Shown one piece after another: positions 12,313 through 24,252 of a DNA stretch of 36,384 bases (position 1 is the stretch's first letter; each line of letters begins with the position of its first letter). The notes under the pieces were generated by a model that worked only from the letters and a program-made list of their open reading frames with translations, was not told where the DNA came from and searched no databases. Source of the stretch: Macrostomum lignano (taxonomy: Eukaryota); contig NIVC01004744.1 in assembly GCA_002269645.1 (NCBI GenBank), positions 1 through 36,384 on the forward strand, written 5' to 3'. The position numbers were made by a program, and so were the translations under genes.

Positions 12313-14073
12313 GTTAATCTGAAACAGTAAATTGAATCAGTGAATTAAAACAGTGAACAGTAAATTATTTTGTATAAATAAAAAAATTGGCAATATTGCA
12401 CAAGAAATTAAAAAGGACTAGTCTGTTATTGATAATGCTTGGTTATTATTTGGCTGTCAATGTGGATGTTTTTTGTACTAAATTTTAAGTGAAAGATTCG
12501 ATGTAAATGTACACAGTTGTATAAATGATATTATGTATACTCAAAAATAGTATTTCCCAACTGTTTGAAATTCCCTCTATATTTAAAAAAGATGAACTTG
12601 ACCCTAGCTAATTCAAACATTATGCAGTCTGTACTGCTCAGTAAGAATAATTCAGCAATAGTTTAGAAATGATAATACAGTGTTTGCTTTAAATGGAACA
12701 TATTACTATAAGTAAAACATTGTCTATATCTACAAAAGCCATTTAAAGTGCAATAAAGTATCAAAGGCACTAAAGTTTATAAAGGATCTATAATAACAAA
12801 TAGTTAAAGTTTTTATTTTATAGGCCTAGGATCTCATGAATAATCCTAAACTAAAGCCCAAAAATAAAAAATTGGAACTTTACAACTGTAAAGGAAATAA
12901 AATTTTATGTTCTACATCATTAGAATTCCATTATATAAGTTGATAGAGTGCTTCTTGATTGGAGACAAATAAACCAAAAACTTGTTTAGCATCACCATGA
13001 GCAATTTGGATTAGAAGCCTATATCACTTATTATCATTTCATTAAAGCTTAATAAAAATATTTAAAAAGTTAAGCAAAGTAATAACTGAAGAATTGACAT
13101 CAATCTAGTTTGGACCCCATAAAAATTGTCATAAAATAATTATGATTTCATAATAAAATCAACAAAAAACAAACAATAAAAATTGTAGCAATTTATCTTA
13201 TAAATAGCTGAAACAAGAATGCTCACTATATTTAGCACATGCCTATTGGCTCTGTGCTTCAAACAACATGTTAAAAGTGTCTTTTTAAAGTAAGGTTGCT
13301 AATGTGACTACAGCTAGTTAATTATAAAGTTGCAAAAATTATAGAGAGAGAAGTTTTTTACTTTTTTTTTACAAAAATGAATGTTGAATAATATGGCTGT
13401 TGATTAGAACACCCCATGCATAGATGCTATGACTATAGCGACCAAATGCAATGACTAAAATTTTAGAAAAAGTCAGGAGAGAGCATATCCCAAATGACAA
13501 GTTAAAACATAAATAACTTTGTGAAAAAAAATCTGTCGAAAGAACTAAATTAATTTGCTGCTGCATACTGCGAATGCTATTTTAAATTGATTACTTATTC
13601 AGAACTGCATCTTATACTTAGAAATTGCAAACCTTTAAGTAACCTTCTAACTACGAGCCTTTTTTGCCCATGCGATCTAATAAGCTGCAAATTTAACGTC
13701 ATTAATTTAAACTCACACCATTTAGTCTCGTGTGCTGCAAAATAGCTCGAGTAAACATTATTCTAAACAAAAAATTTAAATTAATCTGTTACTAAAAGTA
13801 CTGCCGTTACGGTCAAGTTCATATTTACAAGAGTAAATTTAATTTGTTAAAACTGTTGATGCAACTCAAATCGAAGTCGAATTTTCGACTTCTATTCGGC
13901 ATCTACGTCAATTCGACTTTAGAAGAAAAATCGACTTCGAATCGACTTCGAATCGACGTCGAATTTTACACCGGGTAAGTTTCTAAAAAAAATTATATTT
14001 TGCTTTGGCTGTAATGAGTGTTACGTTCGGCCGCCACCCTATGCTCTCCATATCCCTGATTAATTTCTAGACT

Positions 14074-17000
14074 TCAAGCGCATGTGTAGGGGATAACAAA
14101 ATCAAACATAATCTTAACAAATCCTTGGGTACTGTTCGTGTTGCCGCCAGTGGTGGCCACGCAGCCGCTACCGCCACAAAAGGAGCCGCCGCCTCCGCCA
14201 GAAAGATCGTCATCAAGTCCGGCTCCGCCTCCGCTGTAGCCGCCACCAGCTCCAGCGGCACCTTTGGTACCACCGTCGGCCGTAGCAGCTCCTCCGCCGC
14301 CACCGAAGCCGCCCAAGCCGTAGGAAGAACCTTGGCTGGAGGAGCCGCCAATCCAATTTTCATCTTTGCTACCACCTCCGCCACCATTTTCGCTACTGGT
14401 CGCAACGGCTGCTCTACCCTTCCAGCCGGCGCCGCAGCCACCGTAATTTTCGCCTGAGTCCGCACTAGACGGATCATTACTGCCCGGTTGTCCATTTGTG
14501 CCTCCTATACCGATCTCAAAGGGCTGCATAAAATGGTTGTGTGTTGTCGTGAGTAAAAAAGACTCAGTTTTAATAAGACAGTAAATTTATCAAGCATATT
14601 TTGTAAATATTTTTACCGTATTTTCCTTAGCTATATTCTTTTTAATAGTAACCATACGTATCGTTATAATTAATTGTAACATTCAATATTCTGCAATTTT
14701 TACTATAAGAAAAATATCAAGAAATGCTAAAAGTATTGTAGTAGCATTTTCTATTTTACATCTCAATCTTTTAGCTTTTCTCTATAGTACGAGCTATTTA
14801 TAGCGGTCGAGCCAAAGTGATAAAATTTTTAATATACAAGCTACAGCTCGATAAGTACTATAGCTAGCTACAACTAAAACTAAAACTACAGCAAGCTATG
14901 GGTCTTCAATACTTACCAGGCAAAGTATGATTCACTTTTAGAAATGCAAAAACCTCATTTCTACTACTAAGAACTACTAAAATGGATAAATAGAGTAGAA
15001 TGCGCATATAGTTTAATAGTATAGTAGAATGCGCTAATAGTATAGTATAATAGTATAGGAGTATAGTATAGTATAGTAGAATGCGCTATAATTTTTCACT
15101 ATAGCCAAATTTACATGTAAGTACTTTACGAATTTCACAACGGTGTCAAGATTTGATGCAACTCAGGTCCTGATACGGTTTATTCGAATTGTTTCTGGTC
15201 TCTTTTTGAACATTTTTAGTGAATACTTTGTGAAAACTTGCTGGGTTGTGATGACATTGAATCCTGCTTTAAAACTTAATTCTTTGGTCCTTTTCTAATC
15301 TACTTAGTAGACGGGGATCAACTAAATGAGAAGGCTTGTTTTGAGCTTTGTCAAAAGGCGTTTAGTAGCTATCAAAACTGATTTATTATCGAGCATTATC
15401 TAAACAAAGTGTCATAAAATTACCTCGCTTGAGCCGTAAGAGTTTGAACCGTTTCTTCCAGCCTGACCGGGGCGTCCTGAAGAAAAGTGTTTAACCTTTT
15501 TTCAGTGGATGTAAATAACTTTAGGTTTATTTAGTACCATTACGAGTATGCGGTCTGGAGCCAAATCACTATAAATATAGCAGACTAGGTTCGTGCAGAG
15601 ACTACGAGCTACCAAAGAAAAACTTGGCAAAATATAAATTAAATTTATTTCACCGATCTACTCTGGAGATAGTTTTTCACCATGTACGCGATAGCAAGTC
15701 ATTTAACTTCAAAGCTGACGAAATTTTTTAATTTGTGAAAGCGCAGATGTTTCTTTAAACAATGAAATTTAAAGCGTTCTGATTTTAAGTGTCAAGTCAA
15801 AATTGTGCCCTAAAGTTTATATACTTCGAATTAAGATATTTTGGAATATTCTTACTGATTAGTACGTATTGAAAAGGAAACTACTTAAAATGAAAAGGTA
15901 AACGAACCATCGTTGTCTCTGGAGGCTCCGCCGCCACCGCCAGCCGACATGAGCGGCTCACTGTCCGATACACGGTACACAAAACTTCCACCGCCGCCGC
16001 CGCTTCCAACATTTTCGGATATCGCGTGGCCACCAGCCTGACCAACGACAATGGACAGCACGCTGCCGGCCGTCAGGCTGACATTTCCAGCGACCAGGGC
16101 TCCCCTACCGCCATATTTTTCTCTGTCAAAGTTGCTACCACCCTTGGCTCCGGCAATCTCAATTCGATAACAGCCAGTCACGTTTATCGTTGTCTGCTGT
16201 ATGCTGCCGTTCTGACCAGTGCTGGTGTCTGAAATGTGTTGTCGAATTAATTTTTACTTAACTATGGTTACAAAATGCTTTTACGCTCGTAATACGAAAA
16301 GCAAGGCTTACTTGTGAAGAGAAGAGTGATGTTGGTGCTTAATATCAAATTAATCACAGCGTCGAAATTCTTCAGCTTGAAAACTTCAGAGCCAGGCTCT
16401 GTCCCCAGGACTCTGGACTCGCTAGATCCTTTTGAGACAGTCACCAGCCGGCAAAGACCGCTGCTCGGTCGGTACTCGAGAGCAACGCAGTCCCTCATCC
16501 GGCACAGAGTCAGGCAACCCTGCAGGGATTCCACTCCAGAGATGTTACTGACTTGGCTGCTGACTCCGGAGTTGATCGTAAGGACACCATTGTGCTGCGT
16601 GTAGCGAGCAGGATTGCAGGATCCTGCAAAGCAATTGTAGAGCGTTAAAAAAGCTGCACTTATGTAATCTCCTGGTCTCTGCTTCTCCTTGCAGGCAGGA
16701 TGCCTGTTAGTAGCACCGTCTGCACCAGTTGTGTAGGCCGCACGACTTGGCGCTGATGCTTAACTTGTCAGCCGGAGTCACGGACACCGCTAACGTTCAC
16801 TTAGAGTAGGGGTCGGCAAACTCCGGCCCGAGGGCCGCATGCAGCCCGTGAAGCCTCTCTCTCTCCGTCCCGTCGGGTAGAGAGTCTCTCTCTCTCTCTC
16901 GCCTCTCTCCTCTCTCCCCCTTTCTCCTCTCTCCCCTCTCTCCCACCTCTTCTCGCCTTTTCTCTACTCTCATCCTGTTTGTCGCGTCTCATCTCTCATC

Positions 17001-17190
17001 TTTTTTCTGTCCTTCCACTCTGACCCGAAGCCATCTACCAATTTTAGGTGGAAAATATTGCAGTTCCTTGACTTGAACGGATAATACAGAATCCATTATT
17101 ATGCAGATCAATTGACTTACCTTGAGCAGCATCGAAGCAAACACAGCAACAGACCAGAAGAATGAACAATCCGAAAATTATTGACTCCAT
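14074..17190 (-). CDS. Secreted protein, ~401 aa: signal peptide + PAN/apple domain + ALK/LTK-type glycine-rich domain; 5 exons
   Basis: Exons 17190-17121, 16623-16312, 16228-15908, 15476-15424, 14523-14074 have GT-AG sites and add to 1206 nt in frame. N-terminus MESIIFGLFILLVCCCVCFDAAQ; PAN pattern SLQGCLTLCRMRDCVALEYRPSSGLCRL; glycine-rich motifs YRIEIAGAKGG, GGRGA, LSIVVGQAG, GSGGGGGSFV, AGGGGG, GGYSGG, GGGGGSF, GFVKI. Confidence 0.85.
16807..16847 (+). mobile_element. Terminal fragment of a hAT (Charlie/Buster-like) element in intron 1
   Basis: TAGGGGTCGGCAAACTCCGGCCCGAGGGCCGCATGCAGCCC matches the typical hAT end plus subterminal GGCCC motif; the other end was not found. Confidence 0.55.
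16853..17010. repeat. CT-rich imperfect microsatellite
   Basis: (CT)n and CCTCT runs; the ORF at 16801-16992 is an artefact of it. Confidence 0.85.
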
Positions 17191-18013
17191 AACGAAATTT
17201 TAACGCGATCTTGCAAATATCTTTCCAAGCTCTAGAAGTCGGATGCCTACAGTTACCTTCTACGTCTTATTTTTGAAAGAATTCTATGTGAGCGTAAAGT
17301 TTTAGCTGGTTGCTAGGACAGCCACTCGCCATCGTCTACTGTATTCCTGCCTTCCTTGCGAGGCGCACGCCGCCCTTCCTTATATCTTATCCAATCCCAT
17401 GCTTAAGTTTTCTGAGCCCCAGATGCATGGCTCCCATGCAATGGCAGTTGTGAATACGACTTGCTCTTAAGGCTGTAAATTGTTCAATGGAAAATTCCTA
17501 CCGGCTGCTTCACCCTAGGCTAAAGCATGTGGATGAGTTGGCAGCTCCTCAAGGCTCTCTTTTTGAAAAGACTTCTGCTTTCTCGCAGTAGTTTTAACCA
17601 TGTCTAAAAGATAGACGCAGTTAGAGCCACAGCAGAAACTTTCTAGAAAAAAATGCTGAAAGAAAGCATTCTGCTTCCATCTTTACCTTTATAAACATTA
17701 CTTAGCTCGCAGGATTGCAATTCTGTAGTTTTGAGTAGCAAATCTACCAGGAAAGTATAGTTCTATCGAAAATGCGAGACACTGCAAGCCATATTATTCC
17801 AGACTTTTAAACTTTCAAATTTATCTACTATGGAGTGACTTTGTTCTCGCTAGCCAAGTAGATCCTTCACCTTTACAGGTAGCTCTACTGCTGCATCTAG
17901 TTAAGAAAAGTTAGCCTAGCTTATAGTTGAGCGTATGGATATCAAATTGCTTACGTCGACCCCGCGGGTAGCAGAAGCTATTACCATTTTTATCTGTTAA
18001 CTAATAAAAATAT

Positions 18014-18313
18014 TAATAATAATTGAGTACAACTGCCCCAATTGGGCCAGATGTGCAACCGACAGCTCAGCCGCAGCTATTGCGCGGTGCATCTGAAGGC
18101 TGCGTACGGCTGTTCATTCAAAGGAATGGGGGGGGTCGTCACACAAACCCAATCAGTTACCCCAGCTAATGCTGGCACCCATTTTACAGCTGGGTAAACT
18201 GAAGCAGTGCAGAGTCAAGTGTCTTGGCACAAATTGTTTCGAGTGGGTCGAGAATCGAACCTCCGACCTTCAAGTCGTGAGTCCGACGCTCTAACCACTT
18301 GGCTACAACTCCC
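18014..18313 (-). mobile_element. tRNA-derived SINE with a CORE-like central segment
   Basis: Minus strand: A box GTAGCCAAGTGG, B box GGTTCGATTC, then CAAGACACTTGACTCTGCACTGCTTCAGTTTACCCAGCTGTAAAATGGGT (resembles the MIR/CORE motif CTCAGTTT..CTGTAAAATGGG), ending in an (ATT)n tail. Confidence 0.8.
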
Positions 18314-19338
18314 TTATTAAACTAAGGTTAACCTACCTTTCTACGATATTCGCTTCCTGTTTAAGTGTAGTTTGGAAATTTCATAGTATATTAATACAAC
18401 ATTTATATGATAAATTTTAACAGCTAGGGTACTCGTATCTCGGATCAAGTTTCGAATTCTAAAAGCCTTACTGCAGTGGGTAAAGTATTATATTTAATGA
18501 CTCAATAACATACTCGTAGAAACAAAATGGGAATTCTAGCAAAATTCCAACTGTTTAAGCAAAGTTTACTCCTTCCCTCACGGTATTAATTAGTGCAAAG
18601 TAATCAAACAATGTCCTAAAATATAAAAATATTGACGCAGCAACTTCGGAGACATTGTCCCACAGACCAGCGATGAGGCAGTTCTGAGGCAGCATTTACA
18701 AGCGCACCAATACTGTACGCGGGCACGCACTCAGGAGTGTCAGGCATTTACACTCTCTGCACCTTGCGGGTTGGTCCTCATAGGCGAGAATCGCACAATA
18801 CCCCGGTCAATTTCCCGTTAACCACCACCAAATTAATGTGGCGGAATCGAACAAGAAGTTTGAAATTCCTAAAATCGGCATTATGAAGTCCTACACAGAT
18901 TTTAAAATCAAACTAAACTAAGTTCATTGCAATTAAATTAGGGCTTTTTTTAATAATTGTTCTTTCTGACTGTGGCAGCTGAACTTCGTATTCATGCTTC
19001 TCTTTTTTAAAGCCAATTGCTGCAACAAGCCCTCTCTGCACTAGTAGAAAGAGGCACTTTCTAAAAAGTTGCACTTTTCTTGTCCCCCATCGTAATGCCT
19101 TTATCTGAGGACTTTGCCAAGCCTTGGAAGGGCTAGGAAAAAATCAACATTGGTTGCTTCTGGAATTTTGGGGGAAATGAGGAGGGAAAAGAGGACTCTA
19201 GCTCTCTCCCATATTATTGGTCTCCGAGGCTCTTCAAGTCTTCCTTCCTGTCCTTGGCTTGTCCTTACTAAGCATTATACACGCTACACGCATTTACTTG
19301 CCTACTGCTTTTTCTGCTTGGCTTACTGAGGGTGTTCT

Positions 19339-19790
19339 AAGAAGCAGTCAACGTAACCTCCTGACTTCTCACCATTGTTTTACCTGCAATCCAGATCATG
19401 AAACAGTAGAATATTTTGCGCCTCTCATGAGTTCACGCGTACAAGTGTAGGACTATTGTCTAAGTCTAGGACTTTTTTGGACAATTGTTTAGTCAAACAA
19501 AGGAATTCGATATTCTGGAATCACTCCGCGTGATGATTAAACAGATTTAAAAAGGCGTGATTCAAAGAAGCAAGAAGCAGTCGACGTAGCCCCCGGACGT
19601 CTCACTATTGTTTTATTTTCTAGTCAGATGATGCAGCAAAAGGAATTGTATCTGTCATGAGTCAACGCGTAAATTTAACACAGTATTATGATTTCTATTC
19701 TAGAGACTAAAATTGACAATTTATCTTCGTCTTCTTTGTTTAGTCAAAGAAAATGATTCGAGATCCTGCAATCACCCGGCATGTTGATAA
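19339..19790. repeat. Diverged ~235-bp tandem duplication
   Basis: AAGAAGCAGTC(A/G)ACGTA...CTCAC(C/T)ATTGTTTTA...TCATGAGT..ACGCGTA...TTGTTTAGTCAAA occurs from ~19339 and again from ~19574. Confidence 0.7.
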
Positions 19791-19936
19791 ACAGATAAAA
19801 AGGTAATGTATATCAGAGAAAAACATTTAATATTTACAGAGTACAGTTTTACAGGTACATGAAATTATAGTGGGCTCATGTTTGTATCAATCCATCTGTC
19901 AATAGTCCGATGAAGAGTCCACATGGATAAAATTTT

Positions 19937-19941
<5 letters not shown>

Positions 19942-20001
<60 letters not shown>
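19942..20001. repeat. (AG)30 microsatellite
   Basis: Perfect dinucleotide run. Confidence 0.97.
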
Positions 20002-20005
<4 letters not shown>

Positions 20006-20054
20006 CTTACTTACCTCTAAACAATCAAACATATTACTGTAACATTGGTACTTA

Positions 20055-20411
20055 TCAGCGGCGTAGGCAAGGGGGGATATGGGGATGGATCCCCCCGTGG
20101 GCCTGGTCGGTGGGTTTTTCCGGAAACTGCGTAGCCAGACGTGAGGACATTTCCTTGAGTGTGAGGAAGGGATTTTCCTCCAGCGTCTCAGTCAGGAAGT
20201 CTCTCATCTCGTTGTCAGCCTTGCAATTTTCTTCTCTCCGACCGCCACGAGGTAGGGATTCAACTCTGCCATGGAGGCGGAACTCCGCAGCGATCCTAAA
20301 GGCGGACGCTCTCTTGATCTTGGGAATTTGAGCGGCAGCTAGGATGGTTGATCCATTGTTTACTGCGTCGATCAGACGCTGACGGTTTGCTGCAGGAATC
20401 GATGGTGCCAT
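20055..20411 (-). pseudogene. Truncated Tc1/IS630-like transposase, N-terminal DNA-binding part only
   Basis: MAPSIPAANRQRLIDAVNNGSTILAAAQIPKIKRASAFRIAAEFRLHGRVESLPRGGRR...ENPFLTLKEMSSRL: paired-like HTH, PRGG linker and second HTH; the frame ends before any DDE domain. Confidence 0.7.
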
Positions 20412-20791
20412 CACAGTGAAATCCAAGGGGTCAGATGCAACCCAAGGGGTGAAGAAGGAGAGCTGGCTGAGGGTCGGAGGGTTAGAGCGATATCTGAAGG
20501 CTTTCACACTCAGTCTCATATTGAGCGTCTTATTCTCATTTTGATATTCCATTTTTTAGTCTATGGCCAAGCCATTCCTGCAGCCAATACTGGGCATGCT
20601 CTGGCCGTGGCTAGCCTGGCCTTGCTTGCCCTCTGGTAAATAAACCAGATAACACCACAAGATAACATTCGCTCAAACAAGATAACATGCCCTATTCCGG
20701 TTATGCAAAATGTTATCTTGTATGAATCTTGTTTGCGTGACGAAATCTTACGTTTCCTTGTTTCAAACAAGATTCAAAAAGGATTTGCTGA

Positions 20792-21330
20792 CCAGATAAC
20801 AGTCGGGTAATTCATGCGAATCCTGCAGGGAAACATCGTGTTATCCTGTTTGTTATCTTGTTTGTTATCCTGTCTGGCAAACAGGATTCGTTGACCAGGT
20901 AACAGTCGGGTAATTCATGCGAATCCTGCAGGGAAACATCGTGTTATCCTGTTTGTTATCTTGTTTGTTATCCTGTCTGGCAAACAGGATTCGCTGACCA
21001 GGTAACAGTCGGGTAATTCATGCGAATCCTGCAGGGAAACATCGTGTTATCCTGTTTGTTATCTTGTTTGTTATCCTGTCTGGCAAACAGGATTCGCTGA
21101 CCAGGTAGCAGTCGGGTAATTCATGCGAATCCTGCAGGGAAACATCGTGTTATGCTGTTTGTTATCTTGTTTGTTATCCTGTCTGGCAAACAGGATTCGC
21201 TGACCAGGTAACAGTCGGGTAATTCATGCGAATCCTGCAGGGAAACATCGTGTTATGCTGTTTGTTATCTTGTTTGTTATCCTGTCTGGCATCAAACAAG
21301 ATTTCCTGATCAGATAACAGTCGGGTAATT
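20792..21330. repeat. Left subterminal array: 5 x 103-bp units plus a partial unit
   Basis: Units start at 20792, 20895, 20998, 21101, 21204 (CCAG(A/G)TAACAGTCGGGTAATTCATGCGAATCC...). Confidence 0.93.
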
Positions 21331-21557
21331 TATGATAATAAAAGGCAGAAGGCACCGACAATCAAATTTCGCAGTAAAGAAGCGTATAAAAAGTTGGTGC
21401 TTCAAGATGTTGTGAGAAGCATCTATTTAACAGCGGGGTGTCAACTAAACGGCATCTCAACATGAACGAAAACATCTGGAGAACAGTGTGGCATAAGTCT
21501 GAGTTTCGGGAGTCCAGTTATAAGTAGATCTACTTATACTGTGGATACCAATTGATA

Positions 21558-23183
21558 TTACTGGATTGGTGATCTGCTGCGACCTGGTGTATCAGCTGGC
21601 GAGCTCGGACCTGCTGTACTCGGACGCGACTCTGGCGGCAGTCGACGCGTGAGCCAGACGTTTGAAAGACCGGGTCGCGCCCGCGGACGGCGATTAATGA
21701 GACCGCCGACGGGGACTTGCATTATATGTCGGCGCAATGGAACGACTCTGTAGTATTAAGTTAAATTGAATGGCGATGGATGACAGTTTCTCCGACATAT
21801 ACACAGCTATAAAAAACACAGTAAGGTACATACACTCTCGATTGTCTAGCTCTAACAGACAGTGACGGTGTGCCGACAGGCATTGCCATATTATACGACC
21901 GTTCACAAGTAGCGTCAGCTGTGTCGATAGAAGTTTCATTCGTAGCATAGTCGTCATCCGGAAACAACTGGCTTTCGTTGATCGGCTGCTCGTAGACCGG
22001 AGACGAAGTGAATGTCGTGCCATCTGATGCGCCGGCTTGCGCGGCGATGGCTTCGTTGTGCAGTTGCGTCCACAAAATGCCGACTGCACTGGAAACAGCT
22101 CTTACCTGATTGTCTTTGCAATCCCGTGTGCCAACGGTAATATCCAACCGACTTGGCGTTGCAGATGTCGCTAGTGCGATGGACGATCGTCCAACGGCGT
22201 CATCAACTGCGTCGTTCGAAGCAGTGACACCCTCTGGAAACAAGTGGCTTTCGTTGAACGACTGCTCGTAGACTGGAGACGAAGTGAATGGCGTGCCATC
22301 TGAAGTATCCGCTTGCGTTGCGATGGGGTCCTCGTGCAGTTGCGTCCACGAAATCCCGGCTGCGCGAGGGAAATATGTTACTTGATTGCCGCCGATCGGC
22401 GGTGTATTAAAGCCAGCCCACCAGACAGACATTAGCGAGCCGCAGGGAGCAGCGATATAGGATGGAACTACGCCAGCAGTTCCGCTGGTACGACCTACTG
22501 GTTCCACTGGCAAATCAGCCAGAAATAGTTCCAGTCGTACTACCTCTTGACGCAAGTAGCTGCCCGTGCTGCAGCCGCCGCATGCTTGTCTACGGCAACG
22601 CGGACAGCGAGGTGTCGTGCAGTCGACAATCTACAGAATTAGTTGTATATAGCGGCTGGTTTCGTTAAGGTCAGTTAGTTCGATAAAAAGTAAAACAGGT
22701 TATACGTACGTATGTGCATCCCGTATATACGTGTAGGATGTTACTAGGTACAATATTGACAGAGCGTTTGTCTGGACGACCGGGCGGTGCAAAAATTGTC
22801 GGTCGGCGCAACAGAATAACATCGCCACGACGCAACGGCCCAATCTGCGAGCGTACGCTGCCTTGGACACTGCAACCAATCATCCCGGTTGGGTCGCATG
22901 CATCAATTGTAAAAGCCGACGAGGATGACGCTGAGCAGATCTGCTGGTCGGTAACTCGTTGAATAAGTAGCAACAATATCGGAATCCTGTTCGTTGAGTC
23001 GCGAATGTGGCCGACAGTACAGAACTCTGACAGCTTCGTGCACAATTCGATCCCGATGTCGCCGATGGCGTTTCTCCAAGCAGGTGTATTCCATATGGAC
23101 TCCGAAAACGCATACTTTGCGTCGTCGGTACTCAGTCGCAGCGTGCTTAATGGACCAACCGTGCGATTTGAAGCGCTGGACAT
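21558..23183 (-). CDS. HROB/MCM8IP (DUF4539)-like OB-fold protein with a Cys cluster and low-complexity tail; probable exons 23183-22710, 22630-21834, 21747-21558
   Basis: WNTPAW..AIGDIG...NRIP.LLLLI...DPTGMIGCSVQGSV....LRRGDVILLRRPTIFAP......VNIVPSNILHVY matches the HROB OB-fold pattern (DPTG.M.G.VH, L..G.VLLL, F.P, N.T..N..HIY). Donor GTACGT at 22709 and acceptor at 22631 join in phase to ORF 21761-22555. The last exon and the true start are less certain. Confidence 0.72.
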
Positions 23184-24252
23184 CTGTAACAGAGAGAAGT
23201 GGAGGTTGTTCGGTGAGACGGCGTGGCCCGAAAACAGCGTCGGACACCAGCGATCATGAGATGGGAGACAGGATTGAAAGGACGTTGCATGGGTATTTGT
23301 TATTACCATTGACTTAACATAACTCCGCATATAATACAACTAACTCGGCACCCAGACACAAGTCTGTTGGGACAGAGTCCAGACCTCTAGCAATTGATTT
23401 AAATCAAAACGGGTCGTCCCCTAGAACTCGCACTACCACTTTTTCGGAATCTCGGCAAGACAGTACGTATGAAATGACTTAAAAGACGTAATAAAAATGT
23501 TCAGTATTTTTCATTTATAGTGGTGCCAAAAAGCACGACAATAAAGACATTAAAAAAGCAGCTAGGAAAAAGATTGGAAAAGCTGTATGTGTTATAAGTA
23601 ATACTTTAGAATATTATTAGTACTGTTAACGTATGTGGACGTTGTAGATGAAACTGACGTACGTGCTGCACTCGTTGATCCATGTTTACGGGGGAAACAC
23701 GTGCCCGAGGGCCCTCCTAGTACTGTAGGAGATGAATTCGTGTTATAAAAATAGATACTGAGTCACACAACATTACGTACTTTCTTAGAGAACTCATGCC
23801 TTCATTAAGTCAAGTAGGTGCACCGAATATGGTTCTAGTTCCCAAGGTATAATAGAGTTACACAGTATTACGTGCATTGGGGCAATTAGAATTCCCACGT
23901 ATAAGTACGGACTCCTGGATCATTTTTCGCGACAAGAAGTTGTGTCTGGCCTTTCTAAGTGCACGCCTACTTCAAATCGCAAGTCGCACTGAACATGAAA
24001 CAGTAAACCGTAAACGTTGAACAGAAAAAAAACTGGAAAACTGAAATATGAAGCACACAAAGATGAATGGCAAAATGCCGGACGAAATTTCAAACGATTA
24101 TCGTCCTGAATTAAAATAGCAGATCTGCTATGGGACGAAGTACTGTGTAAAAAAACAAACAAAAACAGTAAGTTCATTGTGCGAAAACAATTTATAGTAT
24201 TAATCCGTTATGATCCGTTATCCTATAAAACTACTCAACGCCGACAGTCAGC

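Larger units (their letters stand above)
9821..13975 (-). mobile_element. Non-autonomous CACTA/EnSpm (CMC)-type DNA transposon, 4155 bp
   Basis: TIR CCCGGTGTAAAA(A/T)TCGACGTCGA at both ends, TA on both flanks (9819-9820, 13976-13977), clustered subterminal TCGACGTCGA/TCGACTTCGA repeats at both ends, internal DUF4806-like gene, no transposase recognised. Confidence 0.82.

Noticed and set aside
12330-13570. Possible captured gene fragments in the AT-rich interior of the smaller CACTA element
   Set aside because: Only short stop-interrupted frames with no recognisable motif.
16614-16629. 16-bp GATC-centred palindrome TTGCAGGATCCTGCAA outside the giant element
   Set aside because: Isolated (only two 10-bp cases elsewhere in the first 20 kb, at 3022 and 3508) and overlaps a splice acceptor; recorded as a counter-example but not part of the cluster.
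18238-18313. Possible tRNA-Val(CAC) gene
   Set aside because: A and B boxes are present but the acceptor and anticodon stems pair poorly, and it continues into a SINE body and tail.
19100-19330. Possible LINE 3' remnant
   Set aside because: Only a faint KPRT-like hint in one frame; no reverse-transcriptase motifs or tail.
23920-24177. 85-aa ORF between the BEN and HROB-like genes
   Set aside because: Non-ATG start and no motif; more likely UTR or intron sequence, although splice-like signals are present.
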